A stretch of 64,000 bases of DNA, taken from the NCBI GenBank assembly GCA_963706735.1, contig CAVPNQ010000071.1:3563-67562 (forward strand). The letters are read 5' to 3'. A program made the position numbers and the translations under genes. This DNA comes from an uncultured Planctomycetia bacterium. Its GTDB lineage: Bacteria > Planctomycetota > MHYJ01 > WSZJ01. Position 1 is the stretch's first letter; each line of letters starts with the position of its first letter. The notes below the pieces were generated by a model. It was not told the origin of the DNA, made no database searches, and worked only from the letters and a program-made list of their open reading frames with translations. Below, piece after piece: positions 19,651 to 29,928 of the stretch.

Positions 19651-20325
19651 ATGCGAATCCTTCTCGTCGAAGACGAACCCAAGGTCGCCTCCTTCATCTC
19701 CCGTGGCCTGAAATCCGAGACCTACACCGTGGACACCGCTTCCGATGGAATCGAAGCGGAGCACCTGGCCACGACGGAGGCGTACGACATCATCATCCTG
19801 GACATCGTTCTTCCCGGGAAAGACGGGCTCGAGGTGCTTCGATCGGTGCGCGAGAAAAATTTGAGGACGCCGGTCCTCCTGCTGAGCGCCCGGGGCCGGG
19901 TGCAGGACCGCGTGAACGGCCTCGATGCCGGGGCGGACGACTACCTGACGAAGCCGTTCTCGTTCGAGGAGTTGCTGGCCCGGGTCCGCGCGCTCCTGCG
20001 CCGGGGACGCGGCGACGGGGCCGTCGTGCTGACGATCGGAGACATGACCCTCGACCCTGCCAAGCACCGGGTCACTCGCGCCGGCGCGGCCGTTGACCTG
20101 ACTCCCAAGGAGTTCGCGCTGCTGGAGTACTTCATGCGCAATCCGGACCGCGTCCTCACGCGCACCATGATCGCCGAGCACGTGTGGGACCATCATTTCG
20201 ACACCGGGACGAACGTCATCGACGTCTACGTCAAGCACCTGCGCGACAAGGTGGACCAGAACGGCAAGGGAGAAGTCATCCAGACCGTCCGCGGCGTCGG
20301 GTACCGGATGACCCTTCCCGAGTGA
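19651..20325 (+). CDS. OmpR-family response regulator (CusR/CzcR-like)
   Basis: MRILLVEDE, GADDYLTKPF, TVRGVGY. Confidence 0.95.
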   Translation: MRILLVEDEPKVASFISRGLKSETYTVDTASDGIEAEHLATTEAYDIIILDIVLPGKDGLEVLRSVREKNLRTPVLLLSARGRVQDRVNGLDAGADDYLTKPFSFEELLARVRALLRRGRGDGAVVLTIGDMTLDPAKHRVTRAGAAVDLTPKEFALLEYFMRNPDRVLTRTMIAEHVWDHHFDTGTNVIDVYVKHLRDKVDQNGKGEVIQTVRGVGYRMTLPE

Positions 20326-21704
20326 AGCAGCTCCGCACCATCCGCTGGCGGATCGCCGCCTGGGCCGCCGGGTTTACCCTCACGGCGCTCTCGCTCCTTG
20401 CCGGTTACTTCTTCTACCGCCTCATCAGGAACGTCGATCGCCAGGTGGACCGATTCATCGAGGAGGAGACGCACGAAGCGGAACGGGTTCTCGGGGAAGG
20501 CGACGAGGCGATCCTGACGGAGTTGCGCGAAGACGAGAAAGTTCACGACCGTGCCGGCGTCTGGTTCCAGCTGGAGGACGCGAAGGGACAGACGATTTTC
20601 AGGAGCGCGAAGCTCGTCCCGGGGGAGCTGGAACTGACTCCGGCCATACGCAATCAGCTCGATTCGAGTACGAGGGTCTGGACGCGAGAGACGATCCAGG
20701 GCGAACCCGCGAGGGTGCGGAGCACGAAGAGCACTTTCCCCGACGGACGAGTTCGTTACCTCCGGATCGCTCTTTCCGAGCACGACGTGATCGCCTCCCG
20801 CTCGAGTTTCCTGGCCCAGCTGTCCTTCGCCGTCGTTCCCTGCGTCCTCCTCGCCCTCGTCGGCGGCTTCATCGTCGCCCGCCGGGCCACGGCCCCCATC
20901 GACGACATCGCCGCCGCCGCCGCGCGCATCCAGTCCACCGGGCTCGGCGAGCGCATTCCGCTTCGCGGCACCGGCGACGAACTCGACCAGCTCGCGGTCG
21001 TCCTCAACGCCACCTTCGCCGCGCTCGAGGAGTCCTTCCGCCGCGTCCGCAACTTCTCGGCCAGCGCTTCGCACCAGCTCAAGACCCCCCTGACGGTGAT
21101 CCGGGGGGAAGCGGAGCTGCTGCTCCGGGAGCGGCCGGACGACCCGGACATTGCGCGGTTCGCGACGATTGCGGAGGAAGCGGCGCACCTGGCCAGGATC
21201 GTGGACCAGTTGCTGTTCCTGGCGAGGGCCGACGCGGAGAGGGTGGAGGTCGGGATGGCCCCGGTGGGGCTGAGGTCGCTCGTGGAGCGCGGGTTTCGCC
21301 GGATTGAGCCGTATGTGACGGTGAAGCAGCTGAAGCTGGAGGCGAAGCTGGAGGGGATTCCGGACGTGATGGGGAGCGAGTCCCTGCTGGCGACGGCGGT
21401 GCAGAACCTGCTCGACAATGCGGCGAAGTATGCGCCGGAAGGCGGGAGGCTGAGGGTCGGGTGGGAAGCGGCGGGGAGCGCGGTCGCGCTGGAGATCGAG
21501 AACGACGGGGCGGCGATTCCGAAGGAGGACCGCGAGAACATCATGCGTCGGTTCTCGGCCGAGGGATCGCGCCCGGGGCAGGGCGCCGGGCTGGGGCTGG
21601 CGGTGGCGCGCGAGATCGCCGCGCTCCACAAGGGGAGTCTCGAGCCGCTGGACCCGCGGGACGGCATGGGAGTGCGCTTCCGGATGGAGGTGCCGCGCGC
21701 ATGA
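20322..21704 (+). CDS. HAMP sensor histidine kinase
   Basis: GTGA overlap; 2 TMs, HAMP, ASHQLKTPL, NLLDNAAKY, GLGL. Confidence 0.92.
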   Translation: MKQLRTIRWRIAAWAAGFTLTALSLLAGYFFYRLIRNVDRQVDRFIEEETHEAERVLGEGDEAILTELREDEKVHDRAGVWFQLEDAKGQTIFRSAKLVPGELELTPAIRNQLDSSTRVWTRETIQGEPARVRSTKSTFPDGRVRYLRIALSEHDVIASRSSFLAQLSFAVVPCVLLALVGGFIVARRATAPIDDIAAAAARIQSTGLGERIPLRGTGDELDQLAVVLNATFAALEESFRRVRNFSASASHQLKTPLTVIRGEAELLLRERPDDPDIARFATIAEEAAHLARIVDQLLFLARADAERVEVGMAPVGLRSLVERGFRRIEPYVTVKQLKLEAKLEGIPDVMGSESLLATAVQNLLDNAAKYAPEGGRLRVGWEAAGSAVALEIENDGAAIPKEDRENIMRRFSAEGSRPGQGAGLGLAVAREIAALHKGSLEPLDPRDGMGVRFRMEVPRA

Positions 21705-23416
21705 CGCCGGCGAACGCTTCGGAGACGCCTTCCCGCGATGCCGATACAATGCCGCGGCCCATGGAATCCGCGGAGCGCGCGAAAGTGGAGGGCGCGTCGG
21801 CCCCTGCCGGGGGCGGGCGGTTGCCGTGGTTCGTGCTCGCGGCGGCGGCGATCCTGTTCTTCTGGCAGCTCGGGGCGCGTCCCCTGTGGGCCCCCGACGA
21901 AGGCCGCTACGCCCTGGTAGGGCGCGAAATGCTCGAGAGCGGGGACTGGCTTCTGCCGACGCTGACCGGCGTTCCTTACCTGGACAAGCCGCCGATGATG
22001 TACTGGCTGGAAGCGGCGGGGATGGCGGTGTTCGGGCAGGGTGAATTCGGCGCGCGGTTCTTCTTCGCCTGCACCGCGCTCCTGGGGGTCTGGCTGGTCT
22101 TCCTGCTCGCGGTCGAAATCGGCGGCCGGGACGTGGGCGTGGCCTCCGCCGCTGTCCTGGCGAGCACGGGGCTCTACATCGTCCTCTCGCGGGTCCTCCT
22201 GACGGACCTGCTGCTTTCCGTCGGCGTCCTGGGCGCGTACACCGGATTCTGGCGGGCGTGGAAGGGAAAGAGCGGGGCGATCGGCATGTGGGTGGCGCTC
22301 GCGCTCGCATTCCTGTCGAAAGGGCCCGTTGGGCCCGCGCTGTTCGTATTCGGCGCCGCGCCGTGCTGGTGGCTCGCCCGGGAGAGGCCGCCGCTGAAGG
22401 TTTTCCGCCCGGTGCTCGGGCCGATCGTGTGGGCACTCATCGCCCTCCCGTGGACCATTTACCTCTGCGTGCGGATTCCGAGCTACTTCGAATTCTTCTT
22501 CTGGCGCGAGAACATCCAGGGGCTCGCATCGAAGTCGGTTCACCACCCGAAGCCCTGGTACTACGCGCTCATCGGCGCTTTCGGCGGATTCGTCCCCTGG
22601 ACCCTTCTTCTTCCGGCGGCCCTCGCAGGGGCGTGGAAGGAAGTCCGCCGGTCGGGCCGCGCGGCGGACCCCGCGCTGCTCCTCTGCCTGCTCTGGGCCG
22701 GAACGACACTGGGTGTCTTCACCATCTCCGCTTCCAAGCTCCCGACGTACTTCCTGCCGATGATGCCGCCGATGGCGATCCTGGTCGCGCGCGGCCTGTG
22801 CGCCCCGGACGGCCCCCGCCGCGCCGCCGCGTGGACGCTCGGCGCGATCGCCGCCGCCGCCCCGGTCGCGGGATTGATCGCATTCGCCATCGACCACAAG
22901 GACGCGATGACGCTCCTGGTCCCGCTCGCCGCCGTCATCGGGGGCGCCGGATTCGCCGTCGCCGCCCGGCTCATGGCGCGACAGCGCGTTCCCGCCGCTC
23001 TCCAGGCCGCCCTTGCCGGCCTCGCCCTCGCCGCCCTCCCCGGCGCGTTCGCCATCGCGCCGTTCAACGACGACCGGAGTCCCGAAGCGCTCCTCACCCG
23101 GTACTCGACGACCTTTCGCGAGGCCGACGCCATCCTCAATTACGGCGACCGCGTCGGCTACGTCGAGTGGGTCCTCCGCCTCCCCGTCACCTACGTCGGC
23201 CGGCCCCACGACTTCATCTCAGGCCGCGAAGTCGCACCCGACAAGGGCCGCTTCCTCGACCTCGACAACCTGCCGGAATTCCGCAAGGCTCACCCGCGCA
23301 TCGCCATCCTTGCAGACGAGCGCAAACGCGACAAACTGACCCGCGACTTTCCCGGGTTCCGGGAAGTAGGCTCGGACCTCGGCCACGTCCTCTTCGTTTC
23401 CCCGGAGACACCATGA
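21701..23416 (+). CDS. ArnT/GT39-83 family lipid-carrier glycosyltransferase
   Basis: LWAPDEGRYA, YLDKPP, LSKGP, HHPKPWYY, SKLPTY. Confidence 0.9.
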   Translation: MTPANASETPSRDADTMPRPMESAERAKVEGASAPAGGGRLPWFVLAAAAILFFWQLGARPLWAPDEGRYALVGREMLESGDWLLPTLTGVPYLDKPPMMYWLEAAGMAVFGQGEFGARFFFACTALLGVWLVFLLAVEIGGRDVGVASAAVLASTGLYIVLSRVLLTDLLLSVGVLGAYTGFWRAWKGKSGAIGMWVALALAFLSKGPVGPALFVFGAAPCWWLARERPPLKVFRPVLGPIVWALIALPWTIYLCVRIPSYFEFFFWRENIQGLASKSVHHPKPWYYALIGAFGGFVPWTLLLPAALAGAWKEVRRSGRAADPALLLCLLWAGTTLGVFTISASKLPTYFLPMMPPMAILVARGLCAPDGPRRAAAWTLGAIAAAAPVAGLIAFAIDHKDAMTLLVPLAAVIGGAGFAVAARLMARQRVPAALQAALAGLALAALPGAFAIAPFNDDRSPEALLTRYSTTFREADAILNYGDRVGYVEWVLRLPVTYVGRPHDFISGREVAPDKGRFLDLDNLPEFRKAHPRIAILADERKRDKLTRDFPGFREVGSDLGHVLFVSPETP

Positions 23417-24459
23417 TCCGATTCGGCGTGATCGGCTGCGGCCATTGGGGCCGGAACTACGTCCGCGTCCTGAGCGAACTCGGCGACTCCGCCCGCCTCG
23501 TCGAGATCTGCGACGAAAACAGGAACGGCCTGGAGGCGCTGCGGAAGCGCTTCCCGCTCGTCAACGCGACGACGAGCGCGGACCAGGTGTGTACGAATCC
23601 CGGGGTGGACGCGGTGGTGATTGCGACTCCGGCGGCGACGCATGCGGCGGTGGCGGAGAAGGCGCTGGCGGCGGGGAAGCACGTGCTCCTGGAGAAGCCG
23701 CTGGCGGCGACGCTGAAGGACTCGGTGAGGATCTTCCGGATGGGGCAGGAGAAGGGGCGGGTGCTGATGGTGGGGCACACGTTCCGGTACAACGACGGTG
23801 TGCGGAAGGTGAAGGAGCTGATCGGGAAGCCGGATTTCGGGCGGACGTACTACCTGTCGGCGCGGCGGAACCACCTGGGGCTGATCCGGGCGGACGTGAG
23901 CGCGGTGTGGGACCTGGCGCCGCACGACATCGAGATCTTCTCGTTCCTGGCGGGGGCGCAGCCGGTGACCGTGAGCGCGGTCGGGGCGTGCTTCCTGAAG
24001 CCGGGGCGGCAGGACGTCGCGTTCGCGACGCTGACGTACCCCAACGGCGTCATCGGCAGCATCCAGGTCTCCTGGATCGACTCGAACAAGGTGCGCGAGG
24101 TGGTCGTCATCGGGGACCGGCAGCGGATCGTGTTCGACGACATCAACGGGCTCGAGCCGGTGAGGATCTTCGAGAAGGGCGCCGAGATCCAGGGGGACGT
24201 GAACTCCTTCGGCGAGTTCAAGCTCCAGCTGCGCGACGGCGACATCCGCTCTCCCAAGGTCGAGATGCGCGAGCCGCTCCGCACGCAGGTCGAACATTTC
24301 TGCGAGTGCATCCGCGAGAACAAGGCGCCTCTCACGGGCGGCGCCGAGGGCGCGGACGTCGTCGCCGTCCTCGAGGCGATCGACCGCTCGATGGCGGCCG
24401 GCGGCGCGCCTGCGACCGTCGAAACCTGGCGGAAACCCGGCGAGGGAGCGAAGAAGTAA
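23413..24459 (+). CDS. Gfo/Idh/MocA NAD-dependent oxidoreductase (WbpB-like)
   Basis: GVIGCGHWG, HVLLEKP, WDLAPHD. Confidence 0.92.
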   Translation: MIRFGVIGCGHWGRNYVRVLSELGDSARLVEICDENRNGLEALRKRFPLVNATTSADQVCTNPGVDAVVIATPAATHAAVAEKALAAGKHVLLEKPLAATLKDSVRIFRMGQEKGRVLMVGHTFRYNDGVRKVKELIGKPDFGRTYYLSARRNHLGLIRADVSAVWDLAPHDIEIFSFLAGAQPVTVSAVGACFLKPGRQDVAFATLTYPNGVIGSIQVSWIDSNKVREVVVIGDRQRIVFDDINGLEPVRIFEKGAEIQGDVNSFGEFKLQLRDGDIRSPKVEMREPLRTQVEHFCECIRENKAPLTGGAEGADVVAVLEAIDRSMAAGGAPATVETWRKPGEGAKK

Positions 24460-24464
24460 CCGCG

Positions 24465-25340
24465 ATGTCCACGGAACCCACCAAGGGGGAGGGAAGCGCC
24501 CCGGTGCCGCCGGCGGCGCCGGCGGACCACCCGTCGCGCCCTCCGTCCCTGGACTACGCGGCCCACCGGCAACCCCATCCCGGGCAGCCCCCGCTTCCCG
24601 TGCCTGCCGACGAAGCGGCCGCGCACGGGAAACTTCCCGGGTTGAGCGTCATCGTCACCGCGTACAACGAGGAAGGCGCGCTGGAGGACGTCGTCGAAGC
24701 GGTGCGCCGCGTCGCGCCGCAGATCGCCGAGAAGCACGAGATCCTCATCATCAACGACGGTTCGCGCGACCGGACCGCCGAAATCGCCAACCGGCTCGGC
24801 GAGAAATACCCGGCCGAGGTGCGCCCCATCCACCACCCTTTCAACCTCGGCTTCGGCGGCGCCCAGAAGACCGGCTTCATCAATTCGCGGTACGAATGGT
24901 GCTCCCTCGTTCCGGGCGACCACCAGTTCTACCCCGAAGACCTCTCCCATTTCCTCCCGTTCACCAAGACCGCCGACATCGTCGTCGGCTATCGCGTCGG
25001 CCGAAAAGACTCCCGGATGCGCCGCCTCAACACCAAGGCCTTCCGCTTCGTCATGCGCCTCCTCTTCGGCGTCACCCTTCGCGACATCAACTGGGTCAAG
25101 CTGTTCCGCAAGAGCCTGGTCGCCGGACTCGACCTGGAATTCCGCGGCATCGGCGTCGACGCCGAGGTCGTCGTCAAGGCCGCCCGCAACGGATGCCGCT
25201 TCGCCGAAACGCAGGTCGGATACCATCCGAGGACGACGGGCGTCTCGACGGGCGACAAATTTATCAACGTGGTGATCACGATTCTCGAGCTCATCTATCT
25301 CTCGTTCACCGTGGGACGGGCGAGGCGGCCGAAGAAATGA
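24465..25340 (+). CDS. Glycosyltransferase family 2 (polyprenol-phosphate GT-like)
   Basis: SVIVTAYNE, INDGSRD, NLGFGGA. Confidence 0.9.
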   Translation: MSTEPTKGEGSAPVPPAAPADHPSRPPSLDYAAHRQPHPGQPPLPVPADEAAAHGKLPGLSVIVTAYNEEGALEDVVEAVRRVAPQIAEKHEILIINDGSRDRTAEIANRLGEKYPAEVRPIHHPFNLGFGGAQKTGFINSRYEWCSLVPGDHQFYPEDLSHFLPFTKTADIVVGYRVGRKDSRMRRLNTKAFRFVMRLLFGVTLRDINWVKLFRKSLVAGLDLEFRGIGVDAEVVVKAARNGCRFAETQVGYHPRTTGVSTGDKFINVVITILELIYLSFTVGRARRPKK

Positions 25341-26473
25341 AGAGTTTCGCGCTGCGATTTGCGGAGGGAAGCGGTCCCGGGTGGATGGCGGGGCGCAGCG
25401 CGACCGTGTTCGCGGAGGCCGGGGCGGCGCCGGAGGGGAAGCCAGTGGCGTTCGCGGGGGCGAAGGTGGCCGTCGCGGAGCAGGGCGGGGCGCTCCGGTG
25501 CTCGTTCGACGCGAGGGCGGCGCTGGACGTTCTGCGCACCGAGACCTACCGCGAGCCGGCGAAGCCGGTGACGCGCTTCCTCCCGTTCCACTACCACAAG
25601 ATCCCGGGCGGGTTGCGGATCAAAATCGGGCAGGCGCTCGCGGCGATGGAGAACCCGGGATTCCCGAAGTGGCCGATCGATCCGTCCGGCGACGCCCTGC
25701 GCTGGCTGCTCGGCGAACGCGGCGGAGCGTGGCCGGGCGGAAAGAAATTCGCGCTGGTGCTGAGCCACGACGTGGACACGGCCGACGGGATGGAATTCGC
25801 GCCGCGGCTTCTCGACATCGAGAAGCGCCACGGCGTTCCCGCCGTGTACTCGTTCGTGACCTCCACGTACGCGATCGAGAAGCCGTTCCTCCGCGACGTC
25901 GTCGCCGCCGGCGGCGAAATCGCGTGGCACAGCGACCTGCACGACAACCGCATCGCGTTCGAGGACGAGGCCGGCATCCGGCGGCGGTTTGAAGGCGCCC
26001 GCGGCTTCTTCGACGAATTCGACGTCCGCGGCTTCCGCTCGCCGTCCCTCTGCCGTACGCCGACTCTCCTCCGCATCGCCGCGGAGCGCTTCACCTGGGA
26101 TTCCTCCATCCCCGACACAGGACCCGGCGGCGGATGCGCCTCGGTGCAGCCCTTCCGGATTGGACGCACCGCCCTGAGCGAGCGAAGCGAGTCGAAGGGG
26201 ATGCTGGAAGTGCCGCTGACGCTGCCGATGGACGCGGACCTGGTGTTCCGGCGGCGCGCCCCGAAGTCGTGGCCCGACGCGTGGATGGAGAAGGCGCGCT
26301 ATGTCCGCGACGTCGGCGGGTGCGCGGTGCTGTGCACGCACCCGGAGACGCACTTCTCCGGTCACCGCGCCGCGTGGGAGGCCTACGACGAGTTCCTGAA
26401 GCGCATCAAGGAGCTGGATCCGTGGATCTGCGTCCCGCGGGGGATCGCCGATCGCCTCAAGGAAGCCGCCTGA
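25337..26473 (+). CDS. Polysaccharide deacetylase family protein
   Basis: LSHDVD, EIAWHSDLHD, GFRSP, LCTHP. Confidence 0.85.
   Translation: MKSFALRFAEGSGPGWMAGRSATVFAEAGAAPEGKPVAFAGAKVAVAEQGGALRCSFDARAALDVLRTETYREPAKPVTRFLPFHYHKIPGGLRIKIGQALAAMENPGFPKWPIDPSGDALRWLLGERGGAWPGGKKFALVLSHDVDTADGMEFAPRLLDIEKRHGVPAVYSFVTSTYAIEKPFLRDVVAAGGEIAWHSDLHDNRIAFEDEAGIRRRFEGARGFFDEFDVRGFRSPSLCRTPTLLRIAAERFTWDSSIPDTGPGGGCASVQPFRIGRTALSERSESKGMLEVPLTLPMDADLVFRRRAPKSWPDAWMEKARYVRDVGGCAVLCTHPETHFSGHRAAWEAYDEFLKRIKELDPWICVPRGIADRLKEAA
26172..26199 (+). repeat. REP-like element CCCTGAGC...GTCGAAGGG inside a CDS
   Basis: CCCTGAGCGAGCGAAGCGAGTCGAAGGG; variant copy at 49538-49590. Confidence 0.7.
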
Positions 26474-26507
26474 CCCCATCACCGACCGCCACTTCACAGG
26501 AGCTGCC

Positions 26508-27107
26508 GTGACACAGGACATCAAGAAAGAACCCGGCGTGATCATCGGGTACCCCACCGGCCGCAAGATCGCCGACCGTTCCGTCACGATCGGCCCCGGC
26601 GCGACGCTTCGCCCCAACACGGTCGTCTACGAGGGGGTGAAGATCGGGAAGGGGCTGCAGACGGGGCACAACGTGGTGATCCGCGAGGAGAACGAGATCG
26701 GCGACGAGACGTGCATCTGGAGCAACACGGTGATCGACTACGGGTGCCGGATCGGGAGCCACGTGCGGATCCACACGAACGTCTACATCTGCCAGTACTC
26801 GACGATCGAGGACGACGCGTTCATCGCGCCCGGGGTCAGCTTCGCCAACGACCCGTATCCGGTGCAGAACAAGGTGCTGACGGGGCCGACGGTGAAGAAG
26901 GGTGCGCGGATCGGCCTGAACGTGACGCTGTTGCCCGGCGTGGTTATCGGCGAGAATTCGATGATCGGGGCGGGAAGCGTTGTGACGAAGAACGTGCCGC
27001 CCGGGCGCGTGTGGTTCGGGAATCCCGCGAAGGATCGCGGGCCGATCCAGGCGTTGAATGACGAGAAGGGAAACCCCGTATACGACGCAGAGGGAAGGAG
27101 ACTTTAG
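26508..27107 (+). CDS. Hexapeptide-repeat N-acetyltransferase (WbpD-like)
   Basis: Left-handed beta-helix repeats, FANDPYP, IGAGSVVTK, GNPA. Confidence 0.9.
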   Translation: MTQDIKKEPGVIIGYPTGRKIADRSVTIGPGATLRPNTVVYEGVKIGKGLQTGHNVVIREENEIGDETCIWSNTVIDYGCRIGSHVRIHTNVYICQYSTIEDDAFIAPGVSFANDPYPVQNKVLTGPTVKKGARIGLNVTLLPGVVIGENSMIGAGSVVTKNVPPGRVWFGNPAKDRGPIQALNDEKGNPVYDAEGRRL

Positions 27108-27109
27108 AG

Positions 27110-28231
27110 ATGAGCGGACCGGTGAACATGATCCCGCTGGTGGACCTGAAGGCGCAGTTCGCCTCGATCGGCAGCGAGTTGAAGGAGGCGACGGTCAAGG
27201 CGCTGGAGCGGACGGACTACATCCTGGGCGGGGAGGTGGGGGAGTTCGAGAAGGAATTCGCCGCGTGGTCGAACTCGAAGCACTGCGTGGCGTGCGCGAG
27301 CGGCACGGACGCGCTGATGCTGGCGTTCCGGGCGCTGTGGATCGGCGCCGGCGACGAGGTCGTGATGCAGGCGAACACGTTCATCGCGACGCCGCTGGGG
27401 GCGCAGCTCGCCGGCGCGCGGCCGGTGTTCGTGGACGCGGACGCGGCGACGATGCAGGTGGACATCGCGGCGATGGAGAAGGCGATCACGCCGAGGACGA
27501 AGGCGCTGGTGCCGGTGCACCTGTACGGGCAGGCGGTGGACATGGACAAGGTGCTCGCGCTGGCGAAGAAGCACAACCTCGCGGTCGTCGAGGACGCCGC
27601 GCAGGGGCACGGGGCGAAATGGAAGGGTAAGTCGGTCGGCTCGTTCGGCGACGTGTCCGCGTGGTCGTTCTACCCGGGCAAGAACCTCGGCGCGGCCGGC
27701 GACGGCGGCGCCCTGACGACGAACCGGGACGACATCGCGGCGAAACTGAAGCTGCTGCGCAATTACGGCTCGGTCGTGAAGTACGTCCACGACAGCTTCG
27801 GCACGAATTCGCGCCTCGACACGCTTCAGGCCGCGGTTCTGCGCGTGAAACTGCGCCATCTCGACAAGTGGGTCGCCGGTCGCCAGGCGGCGGCGGGCCG
27901 TTACCGGGAACTGCTGTCGGGGATGAAGGGCGTTACGCTCCCTGCGCCGTGCCCGGAGGAGCAGCACTGCTGGCATCTGTACGTCGTGCGGGTCGAGGAG
28001 CGCGACCGGGTCCTCAAGCAGCTTCAGGACAACGGCGTCGGCGCGGGGATTCACTACCCGATCCCGTGCCACGTGCAGGGCGCCATGAAGGAGTACGGGT
28101 ACAAGAAGGGCGACTTCCCGAACTCGGAAGCGATGGCGCCGAAGCTGCTGAGCCTGCCGATTTACTCGGAGATCACGGCGGAGCAGCAGAAGAAGGTCGC
28201 TGAGGAGCTGGCGAAGGCGGTGAAGAAATAA
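27110..28231 (+). CDS. DegT/DnrJ/EryC1/StrS sugar aminotransferase (WbpE-like)
   Basis: SGTDAL, EDAAQGHG, SFYPGKNLG, NSRLD. Confidence 0.95.
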   Translation: MSGPVNMIPLVDLKAQFASIGSELKEATVKALERTDYILGGEVGEFEKEFAAWSNSKHCVACASGTDALMLAFRALWIGAGDEVVMQANTFIATPLGAQLAGARPVFVDADAATMQVDIAAMEKAITPRTKALVPVHLYGQAVDMDKVLALAKKHNLAVVEDAAQGHGAKWKGKSVGSFGDVSAWSFYPGKNLGAAGDGGALTTNRDDIAAKLKLLRNYGSVVKYVHDSFGTNSRLDTLQAAVLRVKLRHLDKWVAGRQAAAGRYRELLSGMKGVTLPAPCPEEQHCWHLYVVRVEERDRVLKQLQDNGVGAGIHYPIPCHVQGAMKEYGYKKGDFPNSEAMAPKLLSLPIYSEITAEQQKKVAEELAKAVKK

Positions 28232-28242
28232 ACAACGGCCAG

Positions 28243-29928
28243 TTGCGGGTTGCGGGTTGCGAGTTGCGAGGAAGGGCCGGGCGCTGGGCTTGGGGCGGCG
28301 TCCTGGCGCTGTACGCGGCGCTTGTGGTCCCGGCCCTGTTCTCGCGAGATCTCTGGGACCCCGACGAACCCCGGTTCGCCCAGATCGGTCGCGAAATGCT
28401 GCGCACCGGCGACTGGGTCCTGCCGCGCATGAACGGCGAGCCGCTCGCCCTGCTGCCACCGCTTCATGACTGGGTCAGCGCCGCGTTCGGGGCGCTTGCG
28501 GGCGACGTCACCCCGGCGGCGTCGCGGGCCGGATCGGCGCTCGGCGGCCTGCTCGCCGTCGCCGCGGTGTTCTGGCTCGCGCGCCGATGGTGGGGCAACG
28601 GCCCCGCCTTCTGGTCCGCCGTCGTCCTCATGACCTCGGCCCGCTTCTGGCTCGAGGCCAGCTACGCCCAGGTGGACATGCTGCTCACCGGCCTCATCGC
28701 GGCCGCATTCGTCTCGTTCCGCGTCGCATGGGAAGAAGAAGACCGCGGACTGCGCTGGTTCCTGGCCGGCTGCGTCTTCTGCGCGCTCGGGACGCTCACC
28801 AAGGGCCCCCTGGCGCTCGTCGCCCCCGGACTCGTCTTCCTCGCGCTCGCCGCCGTCGAGCGCCGCCGCGGATTCCTGCGCGTCCCGTGGCTCGCCGCGG
28901 GCCTCGTCCTCTACCTCGCCATCGCCGTCCCCTGGTACGTGCTCGCCTGCCGCCGCGGCGGCGATGCCTTCGCCCGCGAACTCCTCCTCACCCATAACTT
29001 CGGCATGTTCTTCGAAACGTGGTCCCACAAGCAGCCGCCCTGGTACTACGTCGTCCAGCTTCCCTGGATGCTCGCCCCCTGGATCGTCTTCCTCCCCGCC
29101 GCCGCCCTCGCCAGCCGCAACTCCGTCCGCCCCTCCGCTTCCACCCTCGCCCGCGCCTTCCTCCGCCCCGAATCCCGCGACCCCGAGGCCGACCGCCACC
29201 GCTTCCTCTGGATCTGGTTCCTCGTCCTCCTCGCGTTCTTCTCGATCTCACAGGCCAAACAGACCAAGTACCTCCTCCCCGCGTTCCCCGCCCTCGCCCT
29301 GGTCCTCGGGCGCTGGATCGCGGGGGAGGGGAAGCGCCCGCGCGTGGAACTGGCCGTGCTGGCTTCCGTCGCAGGGCTGGCGCTCGTCGCGGCGCTCTGG
29401 GGCCTGTTCGGCGGCGGAGGCTGGCCCGTCCCGGCGAAGTACCGTGAAGAGGTCGCCATGCTCACCGGCCCCGCCCTTCTGGCCGCGGCGGGCCTCCTGG
29501 CCTGGATTGCGGCCCCCTGGGTCGCTTCCCGGTCCCGGGCTTTCACCCTGGTGGCGACCGGGATTTCCCTGGCCCTCTTCATCGCGTCCGTTTCCGTTTT
29601 TCCCGCGGTGGACACGCTTAAGTCGGCCCGCCCGTTGTGCGACCGCGTCCGCGGCCGGATGGGGGCCGCGGCGGAAGTCGGCATCTACGGCATCCAGGAG
29701 CGCAAGATCGGCGCCTTCCGCTACTACCTCGACCACCCGCTCTCGACTTTCGAGGACAGCTCCGAGCACCCCGATCCCGAGGCCCTCTCCGCCTGGTGGT
29801 CCCGCCCCGGCCCGCGGTGGCTGCTGGTCGACGCGGCCGACCCGCTCCCCCCCGCCGTCCGCTCCACCGCCCGGCTGGTGGACCACGAAGAAGTAGGCCA
29901 CCGCCGCATCGAGATCCTCACGAAGTAG
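28243..29928 (+). CDS. Second ArnT/GT39-83 family glycosyltransferase (start uncertain)
   Basis: LWDPDEPRFA, LTKGP, HKQPPWYY, KQTKYLLP. Confidence 0.88.
   Translation: MRVAGCELRGRAGRWAWGGVLALYAALVVPALFSRDLWDPDEPRFAQIGREMLRTGDWVLPRMNGEPLALLPPLHDWVSAAFGALAGDVTPAASRAGSALGGLLAVAAVFWLARRWWGNGPAFWSAVVLMTSARFWLEASYAQVDMLLTGLIAAAFVSFRVAWEEEDRGLRWFLAGCVFCALGTLTKGPLALVAPGLVFLALAAVERRRGFLRVPWLAAGLVLYLAIAVPWYVLACRRGGDAFARELLLTHNFGMFFETWSHKQPPWYYVVQLPWMLAPWIVFLPAAALASRNSVRPSASTLARAFLRPESRDPEADRHRFLWIWFLVLLAFFSISQAKQTKYLLPAFPALALVLGRWIAGEGKRPRVELAVLASVAGLALVAALWGLFGGGGWPVPAKYREEVAMLTGPALLAAAGLLAWIAAPWVASRSRAFTLVATGISLALFIASVSVFPAVDTLKSARPLCDRVRGRMGAAAEVGIYGIQERKIGAFRYYLDHPLSTFEDSSEHPDPEALSAWWSRPGPRWLLVDAADPLPPAVRSTARLVDHEEVGHRRIEILTK

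Noticed and set aside
28242-28269. TTGCG(G/A)G heptamer repeat as a phase-variation switch of the second ArnT
   Set aside because: Only four degenerate units and the start codon is uncertain; similar simple repeats occur intergenically (8574, 33470)
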